Notes under the pieces: generated by a model
What the model saw: only the letters and a program-made list of their open reading frames with translations
The model's database searches: none
Told to the model about the DNA's origin: nothing
NCBI GenBank assembly: GCA_027021195.1
Contig: JALUUW010000018.1
Coordinates: 1 to 59,931 of the forward strand
DNA from: Candidatus Pacearchaeota archaeon
GTDB taxonomy: Archaea > Nanobdellota > Nanobdellia > Pacearchaeales > GW2011-AR1
Direction of reading: 5' to 3'
DNA length: 59,931 nt
In this document: positions 1-9,125 of the stretch, in pieces
Numbering within the stretch: the first letter of the stretch is position 1
Layout of the letters: every line of letters begins with the position of its first letter
Translations under genes and position numbers: made by a program

Positions 1-743
1 GATTTCAGGAAATGACCGGAAGCGTTGTTGTAAGCTCTTTTTGGGCATTTGACTCTTTGTTTACTCCCCAGGACCATCCTGCAAGGGAAATGCATGATAC
101 CTTCTTCCTATCTAAAGTCGAATCAAAGCTTCCTGATAAAAAAATAGTGAATGCTGTTAAAACTTCTCATGAAAAAGGTATTGGGGGGAGCAAAGGATGG
201 AATTATAAGTGGGATGAAAAGGAGGCAAAAAAGACTGTTTTAAGGACCCATACAACCTGCCTTTCAGCACATACACTCTCAAATTTAAACTTAAAAGATC
301 TTCCTCAAAAGTTTTTTGCAATTGGGAAGGTCTTTAGAAATGAAACAGTTGACTGGAGCCATGGATTTGAGTTTTATCAGACAGAAGGAATTGTTGTGGA
401 TAAAAATGCAGATTTCAGGCACCTGCTCGGTTATTTAAATCAATTTTACAAAAAAATGGGATTTGAAAAAGTAAGATTTCGGCCTTCGTATTTTCCATAT
501 ACTGAACCTTCAGTAGAAATAGAGGCATTTCATCCAGTAAAAAAAGTCTGGCTGGAGTTAGGGGGAGCAGGAATATTCAGGCCCGAAATAACAATCCCTC
601 TTCTTGAAGAACCTGTTCCAGTTCTTGCATGGGGGCAGGGATTTGACAGAATAATTATTGACTATTATAAAATTAATGACTTAAGGGAGCTTTACAAAAA
701 TGATGTCAATCATTTAAGAAAAATCAGGTTTTGGATGAAATAA
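1..743 (+). CDS. pheS: Phenylalanyl-tRNA synthetase alpha subunit, C-terminal part (5' end lies outside the window)
   Basis: The ORF is open to the window edge. It has a class II aaRS core with FRNETVDWSHGFEFYQTEG and is directly followed by pheT. Confidence 0.9.
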   Translation, partial: FQEMTGSVVVSSFWAFDSLFTPQDHPAREMHDTFFLSKVESKLPDKKIVNAVKTSHEKGIGGSKGWNYKWDEKEAKKTVLRTHTTCLSAHTLSNLNLKDLPQKFFAIGKVFRNETVDWSHGFEFYQTEGIVVDKNADFRHLLGYLNQFYKKMGFEKVRFRPSYFPYTEPSVEIEAFHPVKKVWLELGGAGIFRPEITIPLLEEPVPVLAWGQGFDRIIIDYYKINDLRELYKNDVNHLRKIRFWMK

Positions 744-744
744 A

Positions 745-2424
745 ATGGCAGTTGTAAATTTTAATAAACAGGCTTTTGAAAAAGAGATTGGAAAGCTTGA
801 TGAGAAGATGCTGGAGAAAATTGCAATGTTTGGAACTCCTGTAGAAGAAATTAATGATGAGGAGATTCAAATAGAAGTGTTTCCAAACCGCCCTGATTTG
901 CTTTCTTATCATGGATTCAAGAGGTCTTTTTCTGCTTTTTTAGGGAAGCCTGGAAAAACAGGGATGAAAAAATACATATTAAATAAGCCTGAAAAAAACT
1001 GCAATGTTGTAATAGAATCTTCTGTAAGAAGCATCAGGCCGCATACTGCGTGTGCAATTGTTAAAAACCTCAAACTGAATGATGAAAAAATCAGGGAAAT
1101 CATAGAGATTCAGGAAAAGCTGCATATGACTCTCGGCCGCAGGAGAAAAAAACTTGCAATCGGAATTTACCCTCTTGAAAAAATAAAACTGCCTATAACA
1201 TATAAGGCCCTTGAGCCAGACAAAATAAAATTTATTCCTCTTGACTTTGAGAGGGAGATGTCAGGACTGGAGATTCTGCAGAAACATCCTGCTGGCCGCG
1301 AATATGCGCATCTTCTTGCAGGAAAGATAAAGTTTCCTATCTTCATTGATGCAAATAAAAATATTCTAAGCATGCCTCCGATAATAAACTCGCAGCTAAC
1401 AGGAAAAGTTACTGAGGATACTCAAAGCGTATTTGTCGAATGCTCTGGCTTTGACCCTGACACATTAAAAAAATGCCTTAACATAATCATAACTTCTTTT
1501 GCAGATATGGGAGGGAAAATCTACCAGATGAAAATTACTTATTCTCATGGAAAAAATAAGAAGGAGATTACTCCAGACCTGACTCCTGAAAAAAGGGAAA
1601 TTTCCCTTGAAAATGCAAATAAACTTTTAGGGCTTAATCTTTCTGAAAAAGAATTAAAAAAACTTTTAGAAAAAATGGGGCACTCATACAAAAAAGGAGT
1701 TGTTGAGATACCTGCATGGAGAACAGACATCCTTCATGAAGTTGACCTAATAGAAGATATTGCAATTGCATACGGATATGAAAATTTTGCTCCGGAAATT
1801 CCGGAAATTTCTACAATAGGGGGGGAAGATTCGCGAGAAGCATTCAAAAGAAAGATATCAGGGATTTTAACAGGGCTTGGGATGCTGGAGGTTTCAAACT
1901 ACTTCTTAACAAAGAAGCAGGACCAGTTTAGTAAAATGGGAATTGCCGAAAAGAGCCTGAAATCAGGCAGGGATTTCATAGAAGTTGAAGAATCAAAAAC
2001 AGACTATAAAATTTTAAGGAAAAACCTTTCACATTATTTGCTGAAAGTTTTTTCAGAAAACAGCGATGCCGAATATCCTCAGAAGATTTTTGAAACAGGA
2101 AAGGTCTTCGAGATTGGAAAGCAGCAGAATCTGATAAAAGAGCCCGAAAGGCTTGCAGCTGCAATGTCTCCAGGCAATTTTACAGAGTTGAAACAGATTT
2201 TGGAGTATTTTTTCAGGATGGCTGGCATAAAGGCTGAATTATCAGAGCCGGATTCAAAAGAATCCCCTATTCACTTTATCGACGGAAGAACTGCAAGGAT
2301 AGATATTGAGGGAAAGCCAGTCGGGTTTATTGGGGAAATCCATCCAAGAATTCTGAAAAACTGGAAAATAAAAATGCCTGTTGCACTGTTTGAGATTGAT
2401 ATAGATGAGTTTATGAAAGACTAA
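745..2424 (+). CDS. pheT: Phenylalanyl-tRNA synthetase beta subunit (archaeal type)
   Basis: 559 aa, starting 1 nt after the pheS stop. The FPNRPDLLS motif and overall layout are typical of archaeal PheT. Confidence 0.9.
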   Translation: MAVVNFNKQAFEKEIGKLDEKMLEKIAMFGTPVEEINDEEIQIEVFPNRPDLLSYHGFKRSFSAFLGKPGKTGMKKYILNKPEKNCNVVIESSVRSIRPHTACAIVKNLKLNDEKIREIIEIQEKLHMTLGRRRKKLAIGIYPLEKIKLPITYKALEPDKIKFIPLDFEREMSGLEILQKHPAGREYAHLLAGKIKFPIFIDANKNILSMPPIINSQLTGKVTEDTQSVFVECSGFDPDTLKKCLNIIITSFADMGGKIYQMKITYSHGKNKKEITPDLTPEKREISLENANKLLGLNLSEKELKKLLEKMGHSYKKGVVEIPAWRTDILHEVDLIEDIAIAYGYENFAPEIPEISTIGGEDSREAFKRKISGILTGLGMLEVSNYFLTKKQDQFSKMGIAEKSLKSGRDFIEVEESKTDYKILRKNLSHYLLKVFSENSDAEYPQKIFETGKVFEIGKQQNLIKEPERLAAAMSPGNFTELKQILEYFFRMAGIKAELSEPDSKESPIHFIDGRTARIDIEGKPVGFIGEIHPRILKNWKIKMPVALFEIDIDEFMKD

Positions 2425-2451
2425 TATTGCAGCTGGAGCACCAAGCACTTT

Positions 2452-2940
2452 TTATCCGAAATAGCCTTTTCCGTTTGTTTCGAATTTATTGTCCCAATTC
2501 CTTTTTACAGCCTCGGTGACGCTCAGTATGTCTTTCTTTATCTCCTTCCAAAGCTCATAATTCTCCTTTATAAAATCAGCCTCTCCCTTTTCTGAGAAAT
2601 CAGTATCAAGCTCAATAAGCCTTATCTCTGTTTTTGCAAGCTTTTTATATATCTTTATAAGCTTATTCTTTTCGTCCATGCTTATTGATTTTATAAACGA
2701 AAAAACAAACATTGGGGCATTTACAGGGTTTAAAATAACCTCGACAAACCTTAGGTAATTTGAAAACTTATCCGCCATAAATTTTCTTATCTCTCTGATC
2801 AGATGCTCTGTTTCAACTTCAGCAACTTTCTCTATCTGGAAATCCTCGTTGAGTTTTGAGAACTCCGGAAGCCCGTGTTTTTTTTGAAGCTTTTTATATT
2901 CTTTCTTCAAATCTTCCAGACAGGAATTTTTTTTGCCCAT
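2452..2940 (-). CDS. Hypothetical protein (162 aa, helical, charged)
   Basis: Clean ATG-initiated ORF that fills the gap between pheT and tRNA-Thr. I recognise no motif. Confidence 0.5.
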   Translation of the reverse strand: MGKKNSCLEDLKKEYKKLQKKHGLPEFSKLNEDFQIEKVAEVETEHLIREIRKFMADKFSNYLRFVEVILNPVNAPMFVFSFIKSISMDEKNKLIKIYKKLAKTEIRLIELDTDFSEKGEADFIKENYELWKEIKKDILSVTEAVKRNWDNKFETNGKGYFG

Positions 2941-3027
2941 CCCTTAAAATAGGGACTATGTTTTATAAAAGTTTGTAATACTGATGGGCAAAGCCGAGGC
3001 TTTTTGAAGAATCCGTATTGGCTTAAA

Positions 3028-3103
3028 AGCCTCAGCTGAGATTTGAACTCAGGACCTTTACCTTACCAAGGTAACGCTCTAACCAAAACTGAGCTACTGA
3101 GGC
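3028..3103 (-). tRNA. tRNA-Thr (anticodon GGU)
   Basis: Hand-folded cloverleaf: acceptor GCCTCAG/CTGAGGC, D stem GCTC/GAGC, anticodon stem TTACC/GGTAA with loop TTGGTAA, T arm CTGAG-TTCAAAT-CTCAG. Confidence 0.85.
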
Positions 3104-3149
3104 ATGATAAATAAATCAAAGAAGCATATAAAAAATTATTTGTGAAGAG

Positions 3150-3479
3150 CTATCTTTTCATCAGCTTTATAAAAACAAGAATAAGCAGGGCTATTAAAAA
3201 TGCTATAGCCACAAATCCTGTTAAAAAAGAGGCTATCCAAAATAGATTGCCGAGAAATCCTGTCAGGGTTACATTATACAGGACAAGTGACAAAACAAAC
3301 AAGATTATTGACAAAATAAGATTCCTCACAACTGACTGGAACTTTTTGGAAGAATACTTTCTCTCATCTTTTGAAACCGCTTTTTCGACAGCTTTTTTTT
3401 CTGCTCTGGTAGTCGCTTTTTTCACTTTCTTAGCGGCTTTTTTTGCTGTTTTCTTTTTTGCTGTTTTCTTTCTTGCCAT
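3150..3479 (-). CDS. Small membrane protein with a lysine-rich N-terminal tail (109 aa)
   Basis: N-terminus MARKKTAKKKTAKKAAKK followed by two hydrophobic helices. Preferred over the mirror plus-strand ORF 3142-3495. Confidence 0.5.
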   Translation of the reverse strand: MARKKTAKKKTAKKAAKKVKKATTRAEKKAVEKAVSKDERKYSSKKFQSVVRNLILSIILFVLSLVLYNVTLTGFLGNLFWIASFLTGFVAIAFLIALLILVFIKLMKR

Positions 3480-3509
3480 ATTAACTTCTATATAAGTAAT
3501 TATGTATTT

Positions 3510-3746
3510 TTAAAGATTGCTCTTGTTTTTTTCATGCGCAAAATCCTCTTCGTTTAAAAGCCACTCTAATTTGACTGCTTCTCCTGTTAAGAACTGGGCA
3601 TTTTTGTAAATCTGATTAAGCCAGGCAGTGTAAAGCCTTGAGAATTCTGCAAAGTCTCTTTTCTCGTACATCTGAAGATTATTGTTTTCAATTATAAATA
3701 AAGCTCCAATTGCAAAGAACATTATAATAAGCATTAATGCCTTCAT
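3510..3746 (-). CDS. Small membrane/secreted protein (start moved to the internal MKALM)
   Basis: The hydrophobic N-terminus begins at the ATG at 3746. This leaves a 1-nt gap to the upstream gene's stop codon (3748-3750), consistent with an operon arrangement. Confidence 0.4.
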   Translation of the reverse strand: MKALMLIIMFFAIGALFIIENNNLQMYEKRDFAEFSRLYTAWLNQIYKNAQFLTGEAVKLEWLLNEEDFAHEKNKSNL

Positions 3747-3747
3747 T

Positions 3748-4092
3748 TTATTTGTAAGACAAATTAAATAACAGAGGGCCTTCTTCAGCTCCTTCTTCAG
3801 GCTTCCAGTCCATCTGTATTGCATTAGCCGTTATGTCTTTTATATTGCTGAAAACAGTGCCAAGCCATGAAAAATAAAGCTTGGTTGCTTTCATAAGTCC
3901 TGGAACTGTTTTAATATCAATATCTCTTCCTTTTAAAGTCACGCTAAAACTGAGGTAAGTAAAAATTATTAGGGCTATCAGAAATATTGCAAATAATTTG
4001 TGCTTCAGCCTTTTTATTTCTATTAGTATCCATATTGCTATTACTAAAACAGAAATAATTATGAGAGTAATGCCAATCGCCATTTCTTTCAA
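3748..4092 (-). CDS. Membrane protein (114 aa, 2 TM)
   Basis: Two clear hydrophobic helices. Abuts the downstream small ORF. Confidence 0.45.
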   Translation of the reverse strand: MKEMAIGITLIIISVLVIAIWILIEIKRLKHKLFAIFLIALIIFTYLSFSVTLKGRDIDIKTVPGLMKATKLYFSWLGTVFSNIKDITANAIQMDWKPEEGAEEGPLLFNLSYK

Positions 4093-4135
4093 AAGAAGGA
4101 GAAATATAAAAATGTTTCGGGGAACAATTGAGGAA

Positions 4136-4208
4136 TAGCCCTGCCAGGATTCGAACCTGGGTCACGAGATCCAGAGTCTCGCATACTTGACCGCTGTACT
4201 ACAGGGCT
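4136..4208 (-). tRNA. tRNA-Gln (anticodon CUG)
   Basis: Acceptor AGCCCTG/CAGGGCT with the A1-U72 pair typical of archaeal tRNA-Gln. Anticodon stem CGAGA/TCTCG, loop CTCTGGA, T arm CCAGG-TTCGAAT-CCTGG. Confidence 0.85.
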
Positions 4209-4339
4209 ATAATATCTCCTATTAAAAAGGGTATTAAAATCTTACTGAATTTTATTAATTATAAAATGAAGGATTTTAGATGAATTGATAACCGAGGCTC
4301 ATAAAAATTTATAAACTTCTTTCCTGACCTTTAATAGAT

Positions 4340-4492
4340 GCCCCGATAGTCTAGAGGCCAAGGATTCCACCCTCTCAAATTAAGAAAGAAAGAGGGGTGA
4401 TTTAATCTCGAAGAGAGAAAAGGTCTATGCATCTCAATGCAACCGCTCTTTGGAGAACGGTGGCGACCCGGGTTCGAATCCCGGTCGGGGCG
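4340..4492 (+). tRNA. tRNA-Glu (anticodon CUC) with an ~80-nt intron after position 37/38 (about 4378-4457)
   Basis: Acceptor GCCCCGA/TCGGGGC, D stem GTCT/GGAT, anticodon stem CCACC (4367-4371) / GGTGG (4459-4463), loop CTCTCAA, T arm CCGGG-TTCGAAT-CCCGG. TATA-like TTTATAAA lies about 28 nt upstream. Confidence 0.8.
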
Positions 4493-4495
4493 TAA

Positions 4496-4514
4496 ATGGG
4501 GCTTACAGCCCCAT
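4496..4514 (+). other. Perfect 8-bp hairpin (ATGGGGCT-TAC-AGCCCCAT) 4 nt after the tRNA-Glu 3' end
   Basis: Read directly. It is a GC-rich stem in AT-rich surroundings, possibly a 3' trailer processing or termination element. Confidence 0.3.
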
Positions 4515-4769
4515 ATTCTCCTTTGGATTTGAACAAATCATTTTAAAAAGATATTCAAGCAGGAAAGTGCGCGGTAAAATTTAGGCAGGGCCATCTCTGA
4601 TATTCCCCATCTTCCAACATAACTCTTATCAACCATCAAATATCTTCTCCTCAATAAAAAATAAAAAACTTCTTAAAACTTAAATAGCAAATTTCTTTAT
4701 TATTAAGAAAGCATTTTATAATGTTATTCTCTTTTTGCCTCATTATTAAATATCCAAAATGTGAAAATA

Positions 4770-5474
4770 ATGGCACTGGAAGAATCTTTAACAAAGATAA
4801 GAGAATTTTTATTGGAAAGATACAAAGGCAACCTTGCAGGAATTTTATTATTTGGAACTGCAAATACTGGAGAGTTTAAGGAGGGGATGTCAGATATTGA
4901 TACAATGATTTTCCTAAAGGAACAGGGAGGATTAAATATAGATGGGGAAATTAAATTTTTGTGCAATGCATTAAAATCAGAGAGATTTTCTATACAATAT
5001 TTATTTAGTTTAAGAAGCGTTATTTATTATATCGAGGAAAGAGGAAGTTTTTCAACATACATTACAATAGTCTCCAAAGATGGTTCTAGAACCCTGTATT
5101 CAACTCCTGAATTTGAAAAAGTAAGAGAGCAATTAAGAAAAACCCCTCCTTCTAAGAAGGATATTAAGAGATTTATAGAAAAAAAAGATGAATTTGAATT
5201 AAAGGGGTATTTTAAAGAAATAAGCAATTTTGAACTGACAAAAGCGTTATTTTCCCATATCAGAAGAAAGCTGCAGATTATGAATTATTTCAAAAATAAC
5301 GAGCTTATATTTGATTACAAAAAATGCATAAACAATCTTAAACTTCCTGCTGATAAAATAAGAGAAATAGAGCATCTTTATGAAAAATACTCTGGAAGGA
5401 AATCTCTGACAGAATCAGAAACCGAAAAATACTACAGGCTGGCAAAAGAATTTACAGGTAAAATAATAGATTAG
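4770..5474 (+). CDS. Nucleotidyltransferase-domain protein (Pol-beta/MNT-like NTase with a helical C-terminal domain)
   Basis: GILLFGTANTGEFKEGMSDIDTMIFL matches the G[ST]...DxD minimal NTase signature. The first ATG is at 4770; the track ORF starts at a GTG at 4761. Confidence 0.6.
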   Translation: MALEESLTKIREFLLERYKGNLAGILLFGTANTGEFKEGMSDIDTMIFLKEQGGLNIDGEIKFLCNALKSERFSIQYLFSLRSVIYYIEERGSFSTYITIVSKDGSRTLYSTPEFEKVREQLRKTPPSKKDIKRFIEKKDEFELKGYFKEISNFELTKALFSHIRRKLQIMNYFKNNELIFDYKKCINNLKLPADKIREIEHLYEKYSGRKSLTESETEKYYRLAKEFTGKIID

Positions 5475-5625
5475 TTTTTTAACCCAATACTTTAAAAACC
5501 CAGATTATCATCAGATTACATAGTAAATCAATAAAACTAAGAAAATCGGATTATCGGTAAGTCCTTGAGCGCGTCTCTAAAGGGCTTGTGGCTCAAGATT
5601 GGTTTCTTGAATATCTATTATTAAA

Positions 5626-6885
5626 ATGAAAAACTTTGAAAAGCTCGGATTGGGCAAAGATATATTGAATGTGCTGGATGAGATGGGTTTTAGAGAGCCG
5701 ACAGAAATTCAGGAGAGAACAATTCCCCTGGCTTTGGCTGGAAAAGACATTATTGGAGGATCTGCTACCGGGAGCGGAAAAACTTTAGCATTTTCATCAG
5801 GCATTATTGAGAATCTAAAGCCCAACGGGAAAGTTCAGGCATTAATTCTTACACCAACAAGAGAGCTTGCAGAACAGGTTGCAAAATCAATCACTCATTT
5901 TTCGAGGAGCAAGAATTTCAATGCTTTGGCAGTTTACGGAGGGGTTGATATTCATCCGCAAATAAGAAGAATCTCATCTGCAGACATTGTTGTCGGGACT
6001 CCAGGGAGAATCTTAGACCATTTAAACAGAAGAACATTGGAGCTTAATTATGTTAAATTTCTTGTGCTTGATGAAGTTGACAGAATGTTTGACATGGGCT
6101 TTTACAGAGATGTTGAGAAAATAATTCAAAACTGCCCTGAAAACAGGCAGACAATGCTTTTCTCTGCTACCCTCTCTGCAGATGTAGAGCACTTAGCTAA
6201 GAAATACACTAAAAATGCAGAAAGGATTTCAGTCAAGTCTTATATTGACCATTCAAAACTAAAACAGGTATATTATAATGTTCCTGCAAACCTGAAATTC
6301 TCACTGCTTGCTCACTTATTGAGAAAAGAAAAATCTAATTTAGTAATGGTATTTTGCAGCACAAGAAAAAATGTTGATTTTGTTACAGGTAACTTCAGAA
6401 AATTGGGAATTAATGCAAAAGCAATCCATGGAGGAATGGTCCAGAGTAAGAGGCTTAAGGTACTAAAAGAATTTCACGGAAAAGGAGTCAATGTATTAGT
6501 CTGTACAGATGTTGCGGCAAGAGGGCTGGACATTAAGAATGTAACCCACGTGTATAACTATGACCTCCCTGGAGACAGTGAAAGCTATATTCACAGAATT
6601 GGAAGAACAGCCAGAGCAGGAGAGGAAGGAATAGCCATTAATATTTTAGCTGAAGGGGATTACAATAACTTCAGCAATGTTCTGAAAAATGAATCTATAA
6701 AAATAGAGCAAAAAGACCTTCCTAAAATTGAGAGGGTTTTTATCCAAAGAAACAAGAGAGTTTTTAAGAAAAAAGGGCAAACAGGAAAATTCTCTACAGG
6801 CACAAATAACAGATACAGAAAGAAGAGGCATTCTTTTTCTGGAAGAAGAAATAAAAATTATGGAATAATGGCAATAGCGCGTTAA
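5626..6885 (+). CDS. DEAD-box ATP-dependent RNA helicase with a basic C-terminal tail
   Basis: Motifs ATGSGKT, PTRELA, SAT and HRIGRTARAG are present. Motif II reads DEVD instead of DEAD. Confidence 0.9.
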   Translation: MKNFEKLGLGKDILNVLDEMGFREPTEIQERTIPLALAGKDIIGGSATGSGKTLAFSSGIIENLKPNGKVQALILTPTRELAEQVAKSITHFSRSKNFNALAVYGGVDIHPQIRRISSADIVVGTPGRILDHLNRRTLELNYVKFLVLDEVDRMFDMGFYRDVEKIIQNCPENRQTMLFSATLSADVEHLAKKYTKNAERISVKSYIDHSKLKQVYYNVPANLKFSLLAHLLRKEKSNLVMVFCSTRKNVDFVTGNFRKLGINAKAIHGGMVQSKRLKVLKEFHGKGVNVLVCTDVAARGLDIKNVTHVYNYDLPGDSESYIHRIGRTARAGEEGIAINILAEGDYNNFSNVLKNESIKIEQKDLPKIERVFIQRNKRVFKKKGQTGKFSTGTNNRYRKKRHSFSGRRNKNYGIMAIAR

Positions 6886-6969
6886 AGCCAGTCCACCTGA
6901 TAATCAGATAGTTATGGCTGCAAAACCGGCAACATTAAATTTAAATAACGGCAATGTTCTTCTCTTGCT

Positions 6970-7536
6970 ATGGAAAACAAAATAGCAGTATTTATAGTAA
7001 TATTATTGCTGTTTGTTGGAATTGGAGTGTATAAAATGACGGGAGATGCTGTTAAATCAGAGGATTCAGAAAATGCAAAAGTCCTTCTTAAAACAAACCT
7101 TGGAGACATAACTCTTGAATTATACACCAAAGATATGCCAATTACAGCAGGAAATTTTGAGAAACTTGTCAAAGAAGGATTTTATGACGGAGTCATATTT
7201 CACAGAGTCATTGATGGTTTTATGATTCAGGGAGGAGATCCGACAGGAACAGGAAGAGGAGGGCCTGGCTATACCATAAAAGATGAATTTACAAATTCTG
7301 AACTGGACAAAAACAGCAGAGGGACAATAGCAATGGCAAATGCAGGCCCTGATACAGGTGGAAGCCAGTTTTTCATTAATCTTGCAGATAACAGCTACCT
7401 TGACGGCAGGCATCCTGTTTTTGGCAGAGTCATAGATGGAATGGATGTTGTTGATAAGATAGGAAAAGTTAAAACAGACGGGAGTGACAGGCCTTTAGAA
7501 GAAATAAAGATTATCAAAGCTGAAGTTATTCAGTAA
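6970..7536 (+). CDS. Cyclophilin-type peptidyl-prolyl cis-trans isomerase with an N-terminal membrane anchor/signal
   Basis: FHRVIDGFMIQGGDP and GSQFFI cyclophilin motifs, with a hydrophobic N-terminus. Confidence 0.9.
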   Translation: MENKIAVFIVILLLFVGIGVYKMTGDAVKSEDSENAKVLLKTNLGDITLELYTKDMPITAGNFEKLVKEGFYDGVIFHRVIDGFMIQGGDPTGTGRGGPGYTIKDEFTNSELDKNSRGTIAMANAGPDTGGSQFFINLADNSYLDGRHPVFGRVIDGMDVVDKIGKVKTDGSDRPLEEIKIIKAEVIQ

Positions 7537-7629
7537 AGCTACACCTAAATCCCTGCCAATCTTTAATCTATTGGCAATGAGCAGACCACATTATAGCTAA
7601 AAAATGGAACCTTAAAGAGATTTGCTAAG

Positions 7630-8433
7630 TCAAATAACAACGAAATCTACGCGAATTCTTATTTTATACGGGGCTATCTCTCCTGCCTTTTTCATCCTAA
7701 GAATCTTTATTCTCCTCCCTGAATTTTTAGCCTCCTGCTTTATCTTTTCAACAATCAAATCCTCTTCTCCGATTCTGCAGAAATCATAATAATAGATTCT
7801 TGTTCCGTTCTTTCCCCCTTTTGAAAGGGCAAATGCCTCTTTAAGGAAAGTATCTTTTAATTGAGGGCGCGGCATTACAATCACATCCATCTTAATTTTT
7901 TCCTCTGAAAGTCTTTTTGCAATTCTCTTAATATCCCCTGGAATAAGAGCAACTTTGCCTTCAAGGTTATTAATCTCAATGTTCAGCTTTGCATATTTGT
8001 TTGCCTCTCTGTTTATTTCGTTTGAGAAGACTTTTTTTGCTTTGGAATTCTTTGCAATAACAATTGAGAATGGGGCAACTCCGGCAAACATAACCAAAAC
8101 TATGTCATCCCTTTTTATCATTGAAGCAATCTCCTTTCTTTCATTGCTCAGCCTTGGAGAGAAATAGGTTGTATCCACATTAAATCTGAAAATGCAGTTA
8201 TTCTCCCTGTACAAAACCTCTTTTGTCCTTTCTCCAGCAATATGCATTGTGGAAATTTTTCTAAGCCTTCCTTTAATCTTTCCTTTTTTCTCAAGCACGG
8301 TCTTTATCTGCTTTTGCTCTTTCATAAGTTTTTCAGCGAACTTTTTTTTGTCTTTTTGCTTAAACCCTTCAGGGAAATTAACAATTGCTATGCTCCCTAA
8401 AACATCAAATGCCCTTGGATTTCTCTTTTCCAT
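7630..8433 (-). CDS. Trm5/TYW2-family tRNA methyltransferase (SAM-dependent)
   Basis: FSPRLSNER and VMFAGVAPFS motifs are typical of the Trm5 family. At 267 aa it is shorter than canonical archaeal Trm5. Confidence 0.7.
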   Translation of the reverse strand: MEKRNPRAFDVLGSIAIVNFPEGFKQKDKKKFAEKLMKEQKQIKTVLEKKGKIKGRLRKISTMHIAGERTKEVLYRENNCIFRFNVDTTYFSPRLSNERKEIASMIKRDDIVLVMFAGVAPFSIVIAKNSKAKKVFSNEINREANKYAKLNIEINNLEGKVALIPGDIKRIAKRLSEEKIKMDVIVMPRPQLKDTFLKEAFALSKGGKNGTRIYYYDFCRIGEEDLIVEKIKQEAKNSGRRIKILRMKKAGEIAPYKIRIRVDFVVI

Positions 8434-8484
8434 TAAAAGAAGAGATCGGGGGAATTATTAAAAGTTGTGGAAGCATTAGGAAGA

Positions 8485-8494
8485 TTTATAAAAA
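8485..8494 (+). promoter_or_regulatory. TATA-box-like element (TTTATAAAAA) 20 nt upstream of the ATG at 8514
   Basis: The spacing fits an archaeal promoter driving a leaderless mRNA. Confidence 0.35.
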
Positions 8495-8513
8495 TCCAAT
8501 CCATAAAAAGAGC

Positions 8514-9098
8514 ATGCAAAAGAGAAAGATGATGTCTGCGTTTTTCTTTGGATTATTTTTTGTTAATCTTGTAAGCGCCTCTTATTATGGAAGCTTCTCA
8601 TTAAGCTCTTTTCTGGACAGCATTGACCAATCAACAATGATTTTAGGGGCAATATTCCTAATCTCCTTTGCCTTCATCAACTTTTCTGCATCAAAATATT
8701 TCAAAGACAACAAGCCTGTCTCTGCAGTTGTATCATTTGTCTTCTCATTGCTTATAACTTACTGGGTAAACAAAAATGGCTTTGATATTGAAGGCTTTGT
8801 TTATGAGCTCGGATTTTCTGGAGACTTTTTATATTCACTATTGCCAATCATTCTTCTTATTGGAGCAGGATACTTAATCTGGAAAATAGGTTTTTCAAAT
8901 TTTCTTCTGGTAGCAGGAGTATTAATTGGAAGTGCAGGGTTTCTTGAAATAGTCTATGCATCATGGACAGCAATTTTTATTGGAGCCTTTCTTGTTATTG
9001 CAGGTATTCTCTGGAAATGGGAAGCCAGAGAAATTAATATGAAATGGGGTGAGAAAAAAGACAGGCTGGAATATAGGAGAATGAAAAAAAGAAAATAG
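8514..9098 (+). CDS. Multi-pass membrane protein (start moved to the MQKRK ATG)
   Basis: Signal-like N-terminus and several TM helices. The upstream part of the track ORF overlaps the Trm5 gene and promoter region. Confidence 0.5.
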   Translation: MQKRKMMSAFFFGLFFVNLVSASYYGSFSLSSFLDSIDQSTMILGAIFLISFAFINFSASKYFKDNKPVSAVVSFVFSLLITYWVNKNGFDIEGFVYELGFSGDFLYSLLPIILLIGAGYLIWKIGFSNFLLVAGVLIGSAGFLEIVYASWTAIFIGAFLVIAGILWKWEAREINMKWGEKKDRLEYRRMKKRK

Positions 9099-9125
9099 TT
9101 GGTAGGTTATAATTCTGAAAATTAG

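Noticed and set aside
3142-3495. Plus-strand 117-aa ORF mirroring the minus-strand 109-aa gene.
   Set aside because: The minus-strand product has a coherent architecture (basic tail plus two TM helices) and an ATG start. The plus-strand product is Phe/Ala low-complexity generated by the complement of Lys codons.
5564-5597. Hairpin CTTGAGC-N20-GCTCAAG in the 150-nt region upstream of the DEAD-box helicase, considered as a thermosensor or riboswitch.
   Set aside because: It is a single 7-bp stem with a large loop. I recognise no conserved riboswitch core, and there are no supporting repeats. The evidence from sequence alone is insufficient.
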